Of a DNA stretch of 64,000 nucleotides, positions 29,486-39,203 are shown piece after piece. The notes below the pieces were generated by a model. It was given only the letters and a program-made list of their open reading frames with translations, did not search any database and was not told the origin of the DNA. This DNA comes from an uncultured Planctomycetota bacterium (GTDB lineage Bacteria > Planctomycetota > Phycisphaerae > Tepidisphaerales > Tepidisphaeraceae). Numbering within the stretch: the stretch's first letter is position 1; each line of letters opens with the position of its first letter. Both the position numbers and the translations under genes were made by a program. Location of the stretch: assembly GCA_963841915.1 (NCBI GenBank), contig CAWJEN010000006.1, positions 864,001-928,000 of the forward strand, written 5' to 3'.

Positions 29486-30174
29486 ATGCTCCTCCAAGCC
29501 GCCAATCTCACGAAGCAGTTTCGCATGGGCGAGGAGACCGTCCGCGTGCTCGACGGGCTCGATCTTGCCGTCGAGGCCGGCGAATTTGTGGCCATCGAAG
29601 GTAGAAGCGGCGAGGGCAAGTCGACGCTCTTGCACCTGCTGGGCCTGCTCGACCGGGCCGATTCGGGAACGATCCACTTCGACAACACGGACCTCGGCCG
29701 CGTTTCCAACGGCGCCGCCGCCCGGACACGCAACGCCGCCTTCGGCTTTGTCTTCCAGTTCTACCACCTGCTCCCGGAGCTCGATGTGCTGGGCAACACG
29801 TTGACGAGTTCTCTCATCGCCAACGGCCCGTTCGGCTACCGCCGCCGACGCAAGGATTTGCACGATCGCGCTCGTGGCCTGCTCGACGCCTTCGGCATGA
29901 GCCACCGCCTGCACCACCGACCCAGCCAACTTTCGGGCGGCGAACGTCAGCGCGTCGCCATCGCGCGAGCTCTGATGAACAAGCCGCGCGTGCTGTTCGC
30001 CGACGAACCGACGGGCAACCTCGACGCAGCCACCGGTAAGCAGATCATGGACGTCATCGCCGCCCTGCATCGCGACGAGGATCAGACAATCGTGATGGTC
30101 ACCCACGATCGCAGCCTCGCCAAGACCGCCGACCGCGCCTCTTGCTCCGTGAGGGCAAACTCGTCGCGGCGTAG
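29486..30174 (+). CDS. lolD: LolD-like ABC transporter ATP-binding protein; frameshift near 30137
   Basis: GRSGEGKST, LSGGERQR, ADEPTGNLD, VTHD; natural tail LLLREGKLVAA* is in the -1 frame ending at 30174. Confidence 0.85.
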
Positions 30175-30182
30175 TCTCAGTC

Positions 30183-31040
30183 ATGGCCTTCAAGATCTGG
30201 ATCGACGGTGTGCTCTTCGACCGCGACGACGCCAAAATCAGCGTCTTCGATCACGGCCTGCTCTACGGCGACGGCGTCTTCGAAGGAATCCGGGCGTACA
30301 ACGGCAAGATCTTCGAGGAACAGCAGCACCTTGACCGGCTCTACGAGTCGGCCCGCAGCATCCGCCTGGAGATTCCGTACACGAAGGACGAGCTGTCACA
30401 GGTCATGTATGACCTCTTCGAGACGAACGGTCTAACCGACGCTTACGTGCGGCTGGTCGTGACACGCGGCGTCGGTGACCTTGGCTTGGACCCCAAAAAG
30501 TGTCCGAAGCCGACCGTCTTCTGCATCGCGTCGACGATCAAGCTGTACCCCGAAGCGCTGTACGAGAACGGCCTGAAGGTCATCACGGCCAGCCATTGCA
30601 AAAATCACCCCAATGCGACGCCGCCGCGGGTGAAGAGCCTGAATTACCTCAACAGCGTGCTGGGCAAGATCGAGGCCAATGACGCGGGTTGTCCTGAGGC
30701 GATCATGCTCAACCACATGGGCTTCGTGGCAGAGTGCACGGCTGATAACATCTTCATCGTCAAGGACGGCGTCGTCAGCACGCCACCGGCCGAGGCGGGC
30801 ATTCTCGAAGGCATCACGCGCGGCGTCGTCATGAAGCTGTGCGAGCAGCACGGCATCGAGCTGCGCGAGCGAAATCTGGTGCGTCACGACCTGTACGTCG
30901 CCGACGAATGCTTCCTGACCGGCACGGCGGCGGAGGTCATCGGCGTGGTCAGCATCGACGGCCGACCGGTGGGTGACGGCAAGCCGGGACCCGTCGCAAA
31001 GCGGCTCAAAGAGGCCTTCCACAGTTATGCCCGCGGCTGA
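30183..31040 (+). CDS. ilvE: Branched-chain amino acid aminotransferase
   Basis: DHGLLYGDGVFEGIR, VKSLNY, LEGITR, FLTGTAAE. Confidence 0.95.
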   Translation: MAFKIWIDGVLFDRDDAKISVFDHGLLYGDGVFEGIRAYNGKIFEEQQHLDRLYESARSIRLEIPYTKDELSQVMYDLFETNGLTDAYVRLVVTRGVGDLGLDPKKCPKPTVFCIASTIKLYPEALYENGLKVITASHCKNHPNATPPRVKSLNYLNSVLGKIEANDAGCPEAIMLNHMGFVAECTADNIFIVKDGVVSTPPAEAGILEGITRGVVMKLCEQHGIELRERNLVRHDLYVADECFLTGTAAEVIGVVSIDGRPVGDGKPGPVAKRLKEAFHSYARG

Positions 31041-31058
31041 TAATCGGGCCTCTGACGG

Positions 31059-31086
31059 TTGACAAGGGGTTTTGAACCGGTAGAAC
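31059..31086 (+). promoter_or_regulatory. Putative sigma70-type promoter
   Basis: TTGACA-N16-TAGAAC upstream of the 60-aa gene. Confidence 0.5.
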
Positions 31087-31160
31087 ACTCAATCGACAAT
31101 TTGCGGCCGGCGGGTGGCTAGCCGCACGATTCACTCCAACAGACCAAGAGAAAGCAAGAC

Positions 31161-31343
31161 ATGACCCTGAGCGAAAGCTACGAGCAACTGCGTCAACTCA
31201 TCAACGAGGGCGAAGACGACGTCAAGAAGTGCGAAGGCGGCAACAAGGCGGCCGGCACGCGTGTCCGCAAGCGTCTGCAGGACGTCAAGAACCACTCGCA
31301 GGAGATGCGCAAGCTCGTCCTGGAGCAGCGTAGCGACGACTGA
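31161..31343 (+). CDS. Small histone H1-like (Hc1 N-terminal family) protein
   Basis: GNKAAGTRVRK..Q..K...EMRK signature. Confidence 0.75.
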   Translation: MTLSESYEQLRQLINEGEDDVKKCEGGNKAAGTRVRKRLQDVKNHSQEMRKLVLEQRSDD

Positions 31344-31377
31344 ATTCGCGTTTCAGGCGCATTGCCTAGAACATGGC

Positions 31378-31412
31378 CCGCCGCCGACTTCGCGTCGGCG
31401 GCGGTCTTGTTT
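31378..31412 (+). terminator. Probable intrinsic terminator
   Basis: ccgccgccgac/gtcggcggcgg stem followed by tcttgttt. Confidence 0.55.
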
Positions 31413-31441
31413 CACGCTTCACCCCTTTCCGACACACGCTC

Positions 31442-31909
31442 ATGCCGCCCGCGCTGCTTTTTGATCTGTCCGCCGTCGATCTCGACGCCACCTTGCACGA
31501 TCAGGAACACATTCGTCAGTACAACCCCCAACGGGGCGACATGGAGCACCTCGACGCGATTGTCTGGAAAGACAATGGCCGCATACTGGGTCGTAAGTTC
31601 ATCCGCGACGACGAGTTCTGGGTCGCCGGCCACATCCCGGGTCGGCCGATTCTGCCCGGCGTCATCATGCTCGAAGCCGCGGCACAGGTCAGCAGCTATC
31701 TGACGGCAACGTACGTCGGCTGGGACGGCTTCATCGGATTCGGCGGGCTCGAGGACGTCAAGTTCCGCAGTGCCGTCGTGCCCGGTGACACGCTTTACAT
31801 CCTGTGTGAGCTCATCGACAAGCGGCACCGACGCATCCGGGCCAAGATCCAGGGCATGGTCAAGGGCAACATCGTCTTCGAGGCGATCATCATCGGCACC
31901 CGCATGTGA
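31442..31909 (+). CDS. fabZ: 3-hydroxyacyl-ACP dehydratase FabZ family
   Basis: GHIPGRPILPGVIMLEAAAQ, VKFRSAVVPGD. Confidence 0.8.
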   Translation: MPPALLFDLSAVDLDATLHDQEHIRQYNPQRGDMEHLDAIVWKDNGRILGRKFIRDDEFWVAGHIPGRPILPGVIMLEAAAQVSSYLTATYVGWDGFIGFGGLEDVKFRSAVVPGDTLYILCELIDKRHRRIRAKIQGMVKGNIVFEAIIIGTRM

Positions 31910-31914
31910 TGCGA

Positions 31915-32616
31915 TCAGGCAGCGACACCGAAGAGGGCACCGACGCCCGCGGTGAGTGCCATAGCAAAGATGCCCCAGAAGGTGACCCGGGCTGCCCCGC
32001 GGGCTATGGACGCTCCGCCGGCGTAGGCGGCAAGTCCACCTGTTAAACCGAGCACAAGGACAGTCGTCGCCGCCACAAGCCAGATCGTCAGGCTCGTCGG
32101 GGCGATGATGGCCATCAACAACGGCAAAATTGCCCCGCAGGTGAAGGCAGCCCCCGATGCCACCGCCGCTTGGATCGGTCGGGCTGCAAGCTGCTCGCTG
32201 ATGCCCAACTCGTCTCGTGCGTGCGCGCCCAGCGCGTCATGGGCCGTCAGCGCGTCGGCTACCTGACGGGCCAGGTCCGCGTCGAGGCCACGGGTCATGT
32301 AGATGCTCGCCAGCTCGTCGCGTTCGCCTTGCGGATTCCGCTCAAGTTCACGCTCCTCCATCTTCAGGTCGGCTCTTTCGAGATCGGCCTGCGACTGCAC
32401 GGAGACATACTCGCCTGCCGCCATCGAGATCGCGCCTGCGACAAGTGCCGCCGTCCCAGCGATCAGGGTCGCAGAGGGTCCGACATCGCTGGCTGCGACA
32501 CCGACGACCACGCTGGCAACGCTGACGATGCCGTCATTGGCTCCGAGCACAGCCGCGCGGAGCCACCCGGTTCTGCCGGTGCGGTGCGACTCTTCGTGAG
32601 CGATTGGAAGGGTCAT
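31915..32616 (-). CDS. VIT1/CCC1 family transporter
   Basis: LRAAVLGANDGIVS, SMAAGEYVSV, HARDELG. Confidence 0.92.
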   Translation of the reverse strand: MTLPIAHEESHRTGRTGWLRAAVLGANDGIVSVASVVVGVAASDVGPSATLIAGTAALVAGAISMAAGEYVSVQSQADLERADLKMEERELERNPQGERDELASIYMTRGLDADLARQVADALTAHDALGAHARDELGISEQLAARPIQAAVASGAAFTCGAILPLLMAIIAPTSLTIWLVAATTVLVLGLTGGLAAYAGGASIARGAARVTFWGIFAMALTAGVGALFGVAA

Positions 32617-33689
32617 GACATGGCCTTTACAACGGCATCGCCAATCTGATGCGTCTTGGCATTACCGCCGAGGTCGGCGGTGTAATTGGAAGCGTCACCG
32701 AGGATGGAGTGAACAGCCGCTTTGACCCGGTGGGCCGCTTCCGGTTGGCCGCAGTGGTCGAGCATCATTGCCGCCGACAGGATAGCCGCCACGGGGTTCG
32801 CCACGCCCTTGCCGGCAATGTCGGGAGCACTGCCGTGAACGGGTTCGAACATGCTGGCCTTGCGACGTTCGGGGTCGAGGTTTCCGCTCGCCGCCACGCC
32901 CATACCGCCGCTGATGGCTGCACCGAGGTCGGTGAGGATGTCGCCGAACATGTTCGTCGTCACGATCACGCCGTACTGCTTGGGGTTGGTGACCATGTAC
33001 ATGCAGCAGGCGTCGACGTGCTGGTAGTCGGCTGTGATCTGCGGGTACTCGGCAGCGACCTCGCGATAAGCCCTCGCCCACAGGTCATGAGCAAACCGCA
33101 ACACGTTGGTCTTGGCGACGAGCGTGACCTTGTCTCTGCCAGTCTTGACCGCCGTCTCGAAGGCGTAGCGGATGACACGCTCCACGCCGTGCCGTGTGGT
33201 CACTTCGATCTGGTTGGCGACCTCGTGGGGCGTTCCCTTGTAGAGGAAACCACCCTGGCCGCAGTAGAGCCCTTCGGTGTTTTCGCGGACGACGATGAAG
33301 TCGATCGTCTCTGCCGACTGACCGGCGAGCGGCGTCTTGACGCCCGGCAGCAGTGTCACCGGCCGCAGGTTCACGTACTGGTCGAGCCCGAACCGCATCT
33401 TGAGCAGGATTTCGGTTTCGAGAAGCCCCTGCGGGATCCTGGCCATGCCCGCCGGCTCGACGCCGACGGCTCCGAACAGCACCGCGTCCATCTGCCCGAT
33501 CTCATCGAGGTCGGCATCGCTGAGCGTCTTGCCGGTCTCGAGGTAGTGGGCGGCACCGTGCGGATAGTCGCGTGTCTTGATGGCAAAGCCGAACCGCTCA
33601 GCGGCAGCTTTGATGACTTTCAAGGCTTCTGCGGTGACTTCAGGTCCCACGCCGTCACCGGGCATAATTGCTAGATTCAGCTCGTTCAT
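32613..33689 (-). CDS. leuB: 3-isopropylmalate dehydrogenase
   Basis: [39 protein letters not shown]. Confidence 0.88.
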   Translation of the reverse strand: MNELNLAIMPGDGVGPEVTAEALKVIKAAAERFGFAIKTRDYPHGAAHYLETGKTLSDADLDEIGQMDAVLFGAVGVEPAGMARIPQGLLETEILLKMRFGLDQYVNLRPVTLLPGVKTPLAGQSAETIDFIVVRENTEGLYCGQGGFLYKGTPHEVANQIEVTTRHGVERVIRYAFETAVKTGRDKVTLVAKTNVLRFAHDLWARAYREVAAEYPQITADYQHVDACCMYMVTNPKQYGVIVTTNMFGDILTDLGAAISGGMGVAASGNLDPERRKASMFEPVHGSAPDIAGKGVANPVAAILSAAMMLDHCGQPEAAHRVKAAVHSILGDASNYTADLGGNAKTHQIGDAVVKAMS

Positions 33690-33711
33690 GGCAACAACTT
33701 AGTCCGCGTCA

Positions 33712-33856
33712 GAGGATCGCGAAGATGCGAAGGAGCAAAGGGACGCGAAGGCCGAAGTTGCAAAAGGAAAGGAAAGATCACCTTCACCCGATCCGACACT
33801 TCATGCGTCCGCTGCTCCTTCGCGGATCTTCGTCTCTTCGCTGCTTCGCGCTCCTC
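33712..33856. repeat. Inverted CGAAG-repeat cassette (40-bp arms), overlapping the miaA 3' end
   Basis: Arms 33712-33751 and 33817-33856 share the GAGGAn-CGCGAAG...CGCGAAGG architecture of the 29324 element. Confidence 0.8.
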
Positions 33857-34748
33857 CGGACCAGGCGCTCGTCACTTGCTCCACATTGGCCTCCAGCTCC
33901 GCCTCGCCCGGCAGCCAGGTGGTCCGCTCGAAACGGCGGAACCAGCTCATCTGTCTCTTGGCGAGCTGGCGGGTCTTGATCTTGATCTGCTCGGTCGCGT
34001 CAGTGATCTTCATGCGGCCGCGGACGACCTGCGTCAGAAACCGGTAGCCGGCGGCGTCTCGGGCGGTCGGTGACAGCTCGCCGTGACGCTCCAGCAACGC
34101 TTGCACCTCGTCGAGCCAACCGGCCTCCATCATGAGTTTGGTCCGCGCGTTGATCCGTCGATTCAGCGTGGGCCGATCCCACGCCAGGCCGAAGCGCACA
34201 CTGTCGACGACATCGGGACCTTGTTCCCATTGCTGTTGGTGCTGCGTCAGCGGGACGCCGGTCAGGTGATGGACCTCCAGGGCCCGGATCAGTCGACGCG
34301 TGTCGTTGCGGGCGATTCGCTGAGCCGATTCGGGATCGATCTCGGCCACCCGTCGTCGCAGTTCGTCCTCGGGCACCTCGCGATGTTCCACGCGGAACAT
34401 CTCATCCGCAGGCGGACCGTCGAAAAGCCCGCGGAAGAGCGACTGGTAGTACAGAGGCGTCCCGCCACACGCGATCACAGGTCGCTCGCCGGCGATGACG
34501 TTTTTGGCTTCGCTGAGCCATTGGGCGACGGTGAAGGACTCGGTCGGCTCGACGAGATCCAGCCCTTCGTAGGTCACCTCCGTCCGCTCGGCATGGCTCG
34601 CCTTGGCGGTGCCGATGTCCATGCCGCGGTAGACGGTCATCGAGTCGACGGCCAGCACCACGCCGTCGAGACGCCGGGCGAGCTCGTGTGCTAACGCCGA
34701 CTTCCCCGACGCGGTCGGCCCGAGAATCGCAAGCACACGCGGCGGCAT
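33801..34748 (-). CDS. miaA: tRNA dimethylallyltransferase
   Basis: GPTASGKS, DSMTVYRGMDIGTAK, GGTPLY, TRQLAKRQMSWFR. Confidence 0.95.
   Translation of the reverse strand: MPPRVLAILGPTASGKSALAHELARRLDGVVLAVDSMTVYRGMDIGTAKASHAERTEVTYEGLDLVEPTESFTVAQWLSEAKNVIAGERPVIACGGTPLYYQSLFRGLFDGPPADEMFRVEHREVPEDELRRRVAEIDPESAQRIARNDTRRLIRALEVHHLTGVPLTQHQQQWEQGPDVVDSVRFGLAWDRPTLNRRINARTKLMMEAGWLDEVQALLERHGELSPTARDAAGYRFLTQVVRGRMKITDATEQIKIKTRQLAKRQMSWFRRFERTTWLPGEAELEANVEQVTSAWSGGARSSEETKIREGAADA
34384..34399. promoter_or_regulatory. Near-consensus parS site inside miaA
   Basis: TGTTCCACGCGGAACA (1 mismatch). Confidence 0.6.
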
Positions 34749-34880
34749 GCAGGGTTCTATACCGGCCTGCAAGCCGGGTGATCTGAACCCGTGCCACGAC
34801 GCCGGTCTAAGCCCGCGACTGCAATTTTTGTTGCGCGGCGGCGGCCGAATTGGGATCGGGGCGGCGGCAAATGAGCTCAA

Positions 34881-34896
34881 TGTTCCACGTGGAACA
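34881..34896. promoter_or_regulatory. parS site
   Basis: Perfect TGTTCCACGTGGAACA. Confidence 0.85.
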
Positions 34897-34954
34897 TCGC
34901 CAACCCTCGCCAGAGGCGCTCAAGACGGTCGGCGGGCTCGGCGAAGGCGCAGAA

Positions 34955-34970
34955 TGTTCCACGTGGAACA
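34955..34970. promoter_or_regulatory. parS site
   Basis: Perfect TGTTCCACGTGGAACA. Confidence 0.85.
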
Positions 34971-35120
34971 TTTCGCGATCGAAAAGTGCGTCGGCGGATC
35001 GTCCGCCGTGCGCCGCTTACACGACAAATTTCACAAACGTTTTGCTGGTTTCGACGGCAGTGGGTCGTACAGCTTACGAGGCCGTGCGGTGCTGAAACCG
35101 TTGCGCCGCCGCGGCCGCCT

Positions 35121-36047
35121 TCATGTTGCATCGGCCAGGACGATCCGCGCGTTGCGCTGCCACTGCGGCAGCTTCGTCCGCTTCATCGCGCTGCCACGCA
35201 ACGCCTGGCGATACTGCTCGGGCGACCAGTCGGCCACCGCATTTGCGTCGAGGGTGCCGCTCTGCAGCCCCGGTCGCGGCATCACGTGCTCGTCCGTCGC
35301 AAGCCTCGCCTTGCGGTTCCACGGACACACCTCCTGGCAGATGTCGCACCCGAACAACCACCCGTGCGTCGGCAGCGGAAGCGTGTCGCCGCGGTGCTCG
35401 ATCGTCCAATAGCTGATGCACTTGCGGGCGTCGAGCCGGTAGGGCGTCAGCGCGTCGGTGGGACACGCGTCAAGGCAACGCGTGCACGTTCCGCATCGAT
35501 CAACAGCCGCGGCGTCGGGCGTCAGGTCTGCAGTCGTGAGCACCTCGCCCAGGAGCAGGTAGCTGCCGAGCTTTGTGTCGAGGGCGATGGTGTTCTTGCC
35601 TTGCCAGCCGACGCCTGCCCTGGCGGCCCATTCGCGTTCGAGGACGGGGGCCGTGTCGACGCACACACGTGTCTCGCAGTCCGATTCTTCCCGCAGCCAA
35701 TCGGCCAACGTGTGCAGCCGTCGCTTGATGTGGTCGTGGTAGTCACCGCCCAGCGCGTACCGCGCCACTTTGCCGCGCACGCCCGCCGGCACCGGTTCGA
35801 GCGGCACGTTGTAGCTCAACGCCACCACCACGACGGATCGCGCCCCGGGCAAGTAGTTCTGCACGTCGGCCCGCTCGTCGAACCGATTCTCCAGCCACCG
35901 CATTTCGGCGTGCTGCCCTTCGTCGAGCCACTGCCGCAGAGCCCCGGCCTGCTCCGATGGCTGTGCCGCTGCGACACCGACGGCGTTGAAACCCAGCGCC
36001 CGCGCCCGCTCCTTCGTCGCCTGCGTGAGTCGGAGCTCGGAGATCAT
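35121..36047 (-). CDS. queG: Epoxyqueuosine reductase
   Basis: YALGGDYH, VDTAPVLER, CGTCTRCLDACPT, FGCDICQEVCPWN. Confidence 0.95.
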   Translation of the reverse strand: MISELRLTQATKERARALGFNAVGVAAAQPSEQAGALRQWLDEGQHAEMRWLENRFDERADVQNYLPGARSVVVVALSYNVPLEPVPAGVRGKVARYALGGDYHDHIKRRLHTLADWLREESDCETRVCVDTAPVLEREWAARAGVGWQGKNTIALDTKLGSYLLLGEVLTTADLTPDAAAVDRCGTCTRCLDACPTDALTPYRLDARKCISYWTIEHRGDTLPLPTHGWLFGCDICQEVCPWNRKARLATDEHVMPRPGLQSGTLDANAVADWSPEQYRQALRGSAMKRTKLPQWQRNARIVLADAT

Positions 36048-36075
36048 GCCGTCAGACGGTACAGACTTGCTCCAA

Positions 36076-37461
36076 TCAAACCTGATTTTCTGTCCACTTG
36101 CCGCGGTAGAACCGCGAGAACAGCAGCACGCCGCGGACATACAGGTCGATCGCCAGCACACCCCACACCGCCGTCAGCCCGCAATCGAGATACACCACAG
36201 CGACGATGGCCAGCGTCATGCGGATCAGGAACGCACTGCCGAGGTTGCGGACCATCACGGCCGTCGTATCGCCCGCGCCGCGAAGGGCACCGCCGAAAAC
36301 CATCATGGCGGCAAAGCCTAATTGCGACAGGGCGGCAACCCGCAACGCATCACCGGCCGCGGCGGCGACGGCTTCTTCGTTCGTAAACCAGCCGCACAAG
36401 GTCCGCGAGAACATGAAGAACATCAGGCCGCAACCGACCATGAAAACGGCCCCGACGCCAAATGCCAATGTGCCTGCCCGTTTGGCGCGGAGCGGGTTCT
36501 TCATGCCAAGGCTGATGCCGACCATCGTCGCCGCGGCGGTCGAGACGGCAAAGCCGGTCATGTAGCTGAAGGCTTCGACGCGGACCACAATGCCGTGCGC
36601 CGCCGCAGGCACGGTGCCGAGTCTGCCGATGAGCCAGAGGACGACGAAGTTGGCGCCCCAGAAGCTCAAGCCCTCGACGCCGCTGGGGATGCCGATCTTG
36701 AGCAGGCGGCGGATCATCGGAACGTCGGGCCTGAGCCGGTGGGGCAAAAGCCGCAGCTTGCTGGGCCCTTTGCCCCAGAGCAATGCTGCCAGGACGACGA
36801 ACGCGCCGCCGCCGTAGGCGATGGTCGTGCCCCAGGCGATGCCGGTGAAGCCCAGCTGAGGCAGCGGTCCCCAGCCGTAAACGAGGCCGAACGACAGCAG
36901 GACGTTCGTCACGTCGATGACGATCATCGCCAGCATGGGCGTGATCGTGTCACCCGCCCCGCGCAGGCAGGCGTTGCCGATGAAGGTGAAGACGGCCAGC
37001 GGCACACCGATGCCGACAATGCGGGTGAACTGCGTGATGTACGCCTGCGCCTGCGGGTCTTCGAGTCCGAACCAACCACCGGCCGGGCCGGCGAGGGTGA
37101 GCAGCAGCGTGCCAAGCACCACACCCACCGCCGCGGCAAGCAGGAACGATTGACCGACCGCCGCCCGGGCCGTCGAACGGTCGCGGGCGCCGTACGCACG
37201 GCTGATGACAGCCGTCGAGCCCGTGCCGATCGAGCCGGTCATCAGGCCCAGGAACCAGAGCACGTAAGCCGTCGCACCGACGGCGGCACCGGCGGCATTG
37301 TCGAGCTGGTTGGCCAAGTACGTGTCGGTGAGGCCGACGAAGATGTGCAGGAAGTTCTCGGCCGCAATCGGCAGGCCGAGTATGAACAGCCGCTTGAGCA
37401 GGTATGGGTAGCTGCTGTCGTTGGAGACCTGCACCGCGGGTTGAACATCGGCCCGCAGCAT
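36076..37461 (-). CDS. MATE family efflux transporter
   Basis: Multi-TM with duplicated LRGAGDT motif. Confidence 0.9.
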   Translation of the reverse strand: MLRADVQPAVQVSNDSSYPYLLKRLFILGLPIAAENFLHIFVGLTDTYLANQLDNAAGAAVGATAYVLWFLGLMTGSIGTGSTAVISRAYGARDRSTARAAVGQSFLLAAAVGVVLGTLLLTLAGPAGGWFGLEDPQAQAYITQFTRIVGIGVPLAVFTFIGNACLRGAGDTITPMLAMIVIDVTNVLLSFGLVYGWGPLPQLGFTGIAWGTTIAYGGGAFVVLAALLWGKGPSKLRLLPHRLRPDVPMIRRLLKIGIPSGVEGLSFWGANFVVLWLIGRLGTVPAAAHGIVVRVEAFSYMTGFAVSTAAATMVGISLGMKNPLRAKRAGTLAFGVGAVFMVGCGLMFFMFSRTLCGWFTNEEAVAAAAGDALRVAALSQLGFAAMMVFGGALRGAGDTTAVMVRNLGSAFLIRMTLAIVAVVYLDCGLTAVWGVLAIDLYVRGVLLFSRFYRGKWTENQV

Positions 37462-37530
37462 CGAGGCCCAGCGTAGCGCTCCTGCGACCGGTCATTGTGC
37501 CTACCCGCCACAGGCGGTAGCGTCAGGCCC

Positions 37531-38478
37531 ATGATCGTTTGTCTCGGCACGTCACCCACGTTTCAACGCACAATGGTGTTCGGCACGATTACGGCTGACG
37601 ACGTCAACCGCTCGGACCAGTGTCACGACTTTGCCAGCGGAAAGGCGACCAACGCAGCTCGTGTGCTTCACTCGCTGGGTCGGCCGGCGACGCTTGTCAC
37701 CGTTGCCGGTGGTGATCGAGGGCCATTGTTCCTGGCCGACCTAAATCGCGCGGGCATCGCGGTGCGGGCGGTGCAGGTGACGACACCGACGCGGCTGTGC
37801 GTGACCGTGATTGATCAGGGACGACGGCATTCGACGGAGCTGGTCGAGGAGCCACGCCCGCTCGATGCCGACGTCGCCGACGCACTCGCCGCCGAGCTGG
37901 AAGCGGCTCTTCAAGGAGCCAGGATGCTGGTGTTGTCGGGTAAATTGGCTCCGGGCCTCCCGGACAACTTTCTGGCCCGCGCGGTGCAGGCGGCCAACGA
38001 GCGTGGCGTGCGGTCGGTGCTCGACACGAGGAAAGAGCCGCTGCACGAAGCACTCGAAGCCAGGCCGTTCATCGTCAAGCCCAACCGAAGTGAGCTGGCC
38101 GAAACGGTCGGCCGCAGCGTCGACTCTCGATCGGCCATGCACGATGCGATGGCGATGCTGGTTGATCGCGGCGCGCAACACGTTGTCTGCACCCGCGGCA
38201 GAGACGGCTCGAGCCTGTGCGGGCGCGACGAGGCCGGTGACATCCGCTTCTGGAACGTGTCGACGCCGTCAGTGGAGTCGGTGAGCCCGATCGGGTGCGG
38301 CGACGCCTTTGCGGCCGGGCTTGCCGCTGGACTTCGTGATGGTGCGAGCGTGGTCGAGGCTTGCCGCTTCGCCTCGGCGTGCGGAGCCGCAAATGCCCTG
38401 ACGCCGCACGCCGGACACCTGGACGCCCCGACGGCTCAGGCACTGCTTGAGCAGGTGAAGGTGCGTCAAATCGATTGA
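37531..38478 (+). CDS. 1-phosphofructokinase / PfkB family sugar kinase
   Basis: SGKATNAAR, KPNRSEL, PIGCGDAFAAG. Confidence 0.88.
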   Translation: MIVCLGTSPTFQRTMVFGTITADDVNRSDQCHDFASGKATNAARVLHSLGRPATLVTVAGGDRGPLFLADLNRAGIAVRAVQVTTPTRLCVTVIDQGRRHSTELVEEPRPLDADVADALAAELEAALQGARMLVLSGKLAPGLPDNFLARAVQAANERGVRSVLDTRKEPLHEALEARPFIVKPNRSELAETVGRSVDSRSAMHDAMAMLVDRGAQHVVCTRGRDGSSLCGRDEAGDIRFWNVSTPSVESVSPIGCGDAFAAGLAAGLRDGASVVEACRFASACGAANALTPHAGHLDAPTAQALLEQVKVRQID

Positions 38479-38585
38479 AGCCACAAGAAGCTTTGCCTCG
38501 TCAACGCGTGCGATGGCTGGCGTAACGTGACGTCCCGTGGCAGCCGATGCTCGGGAAAGGGATCGCCTGTTCGACCTGAATCCGC

Positions 38586-39203
38586 ATGGCACGCCGTCTG
38601 TTTCGCAAGCTCATGCCGCAGGAACGCTTTGTCAGCGGCAATCCGGTGCTGCGCTTCTTCGGCAAGACGATTCTGAACAAGCGGCTGTGGCACCTCAACC
38701 GCCACAGCGCAGCCGTGGGTGCGGCGAGCGGCGTCTTCTGGGCGTGGATCTGCCTGCCCGTGCAAACCCTCGGTGCCGTGACGACCGCGTGGATCGGTCG
38801 GGGCAACGTGCCGCTGTCGATGGCGTTCACGTGGGTGAGCAACCCGCTCACGTGGCTGCCTTGTTTCTGGCTTGCGTACAAGGTCGGGCTGCCGTTCACG
38901 CCCGCCGAAGAAATTGACATTAAGGCCCTCATCCGCCCGCTCATGGACGGCGAGTGGTCGACGGCCGGTCGGCTGTTCCTGCACGACTTGCCGCAGCTTT
39001 ACCCGATGTACATCGGCGGGACGATCCTGGGCCTCATGACCGGCGGGCTGACCTACGCGGTCGTGAGCCTGATGTGGCGGTGGCACGTCGGTCGCCGCTG
39101 GCGAAAACGGCACAGCCTGTTCGTCAGCGACAAGCCACGGCCTCTATCACGCGGCATCGCCGCCTTGTCGAGGCTGCGCCACCTCAAGCGACCGGCCACC
39201 TGA
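38586..39203 (+). CDS. DUF2062 domain membrane protein
   Basis: LWHLNRHS, WVSNPLT. Confidence 0.85.
   Translation: MARRLFRKLMPQERFVSGNPVLRFFGKTILNKRLWHLNRHSAAVGAASGVFWAWICLPVQTLGAVTTAWIGRGNVPLSMAFTWVSNPLTWLPCFWLAYKVGLPFTPAEEIDIKALIRPLMDGEWSTAGRLFLHDLPQLYPMYIGGTILGLMTGGLTYAVVSLMWRWHVGRRWRKRHSLFVSDKPRPLSRGIAALSRLRHLKRPAT

Noticed and set aside
34749..35120. Intergenic region as oriC
   Set aside because: No DnaA-box cluster or extended AT-rich unwinding element visible
37513..37523. GGCGGTAGCGT resembling an ops element
   Set aside because: Better explained by the TAGCGT -10 box of the kinase gene; no long polysaccharide operon follows
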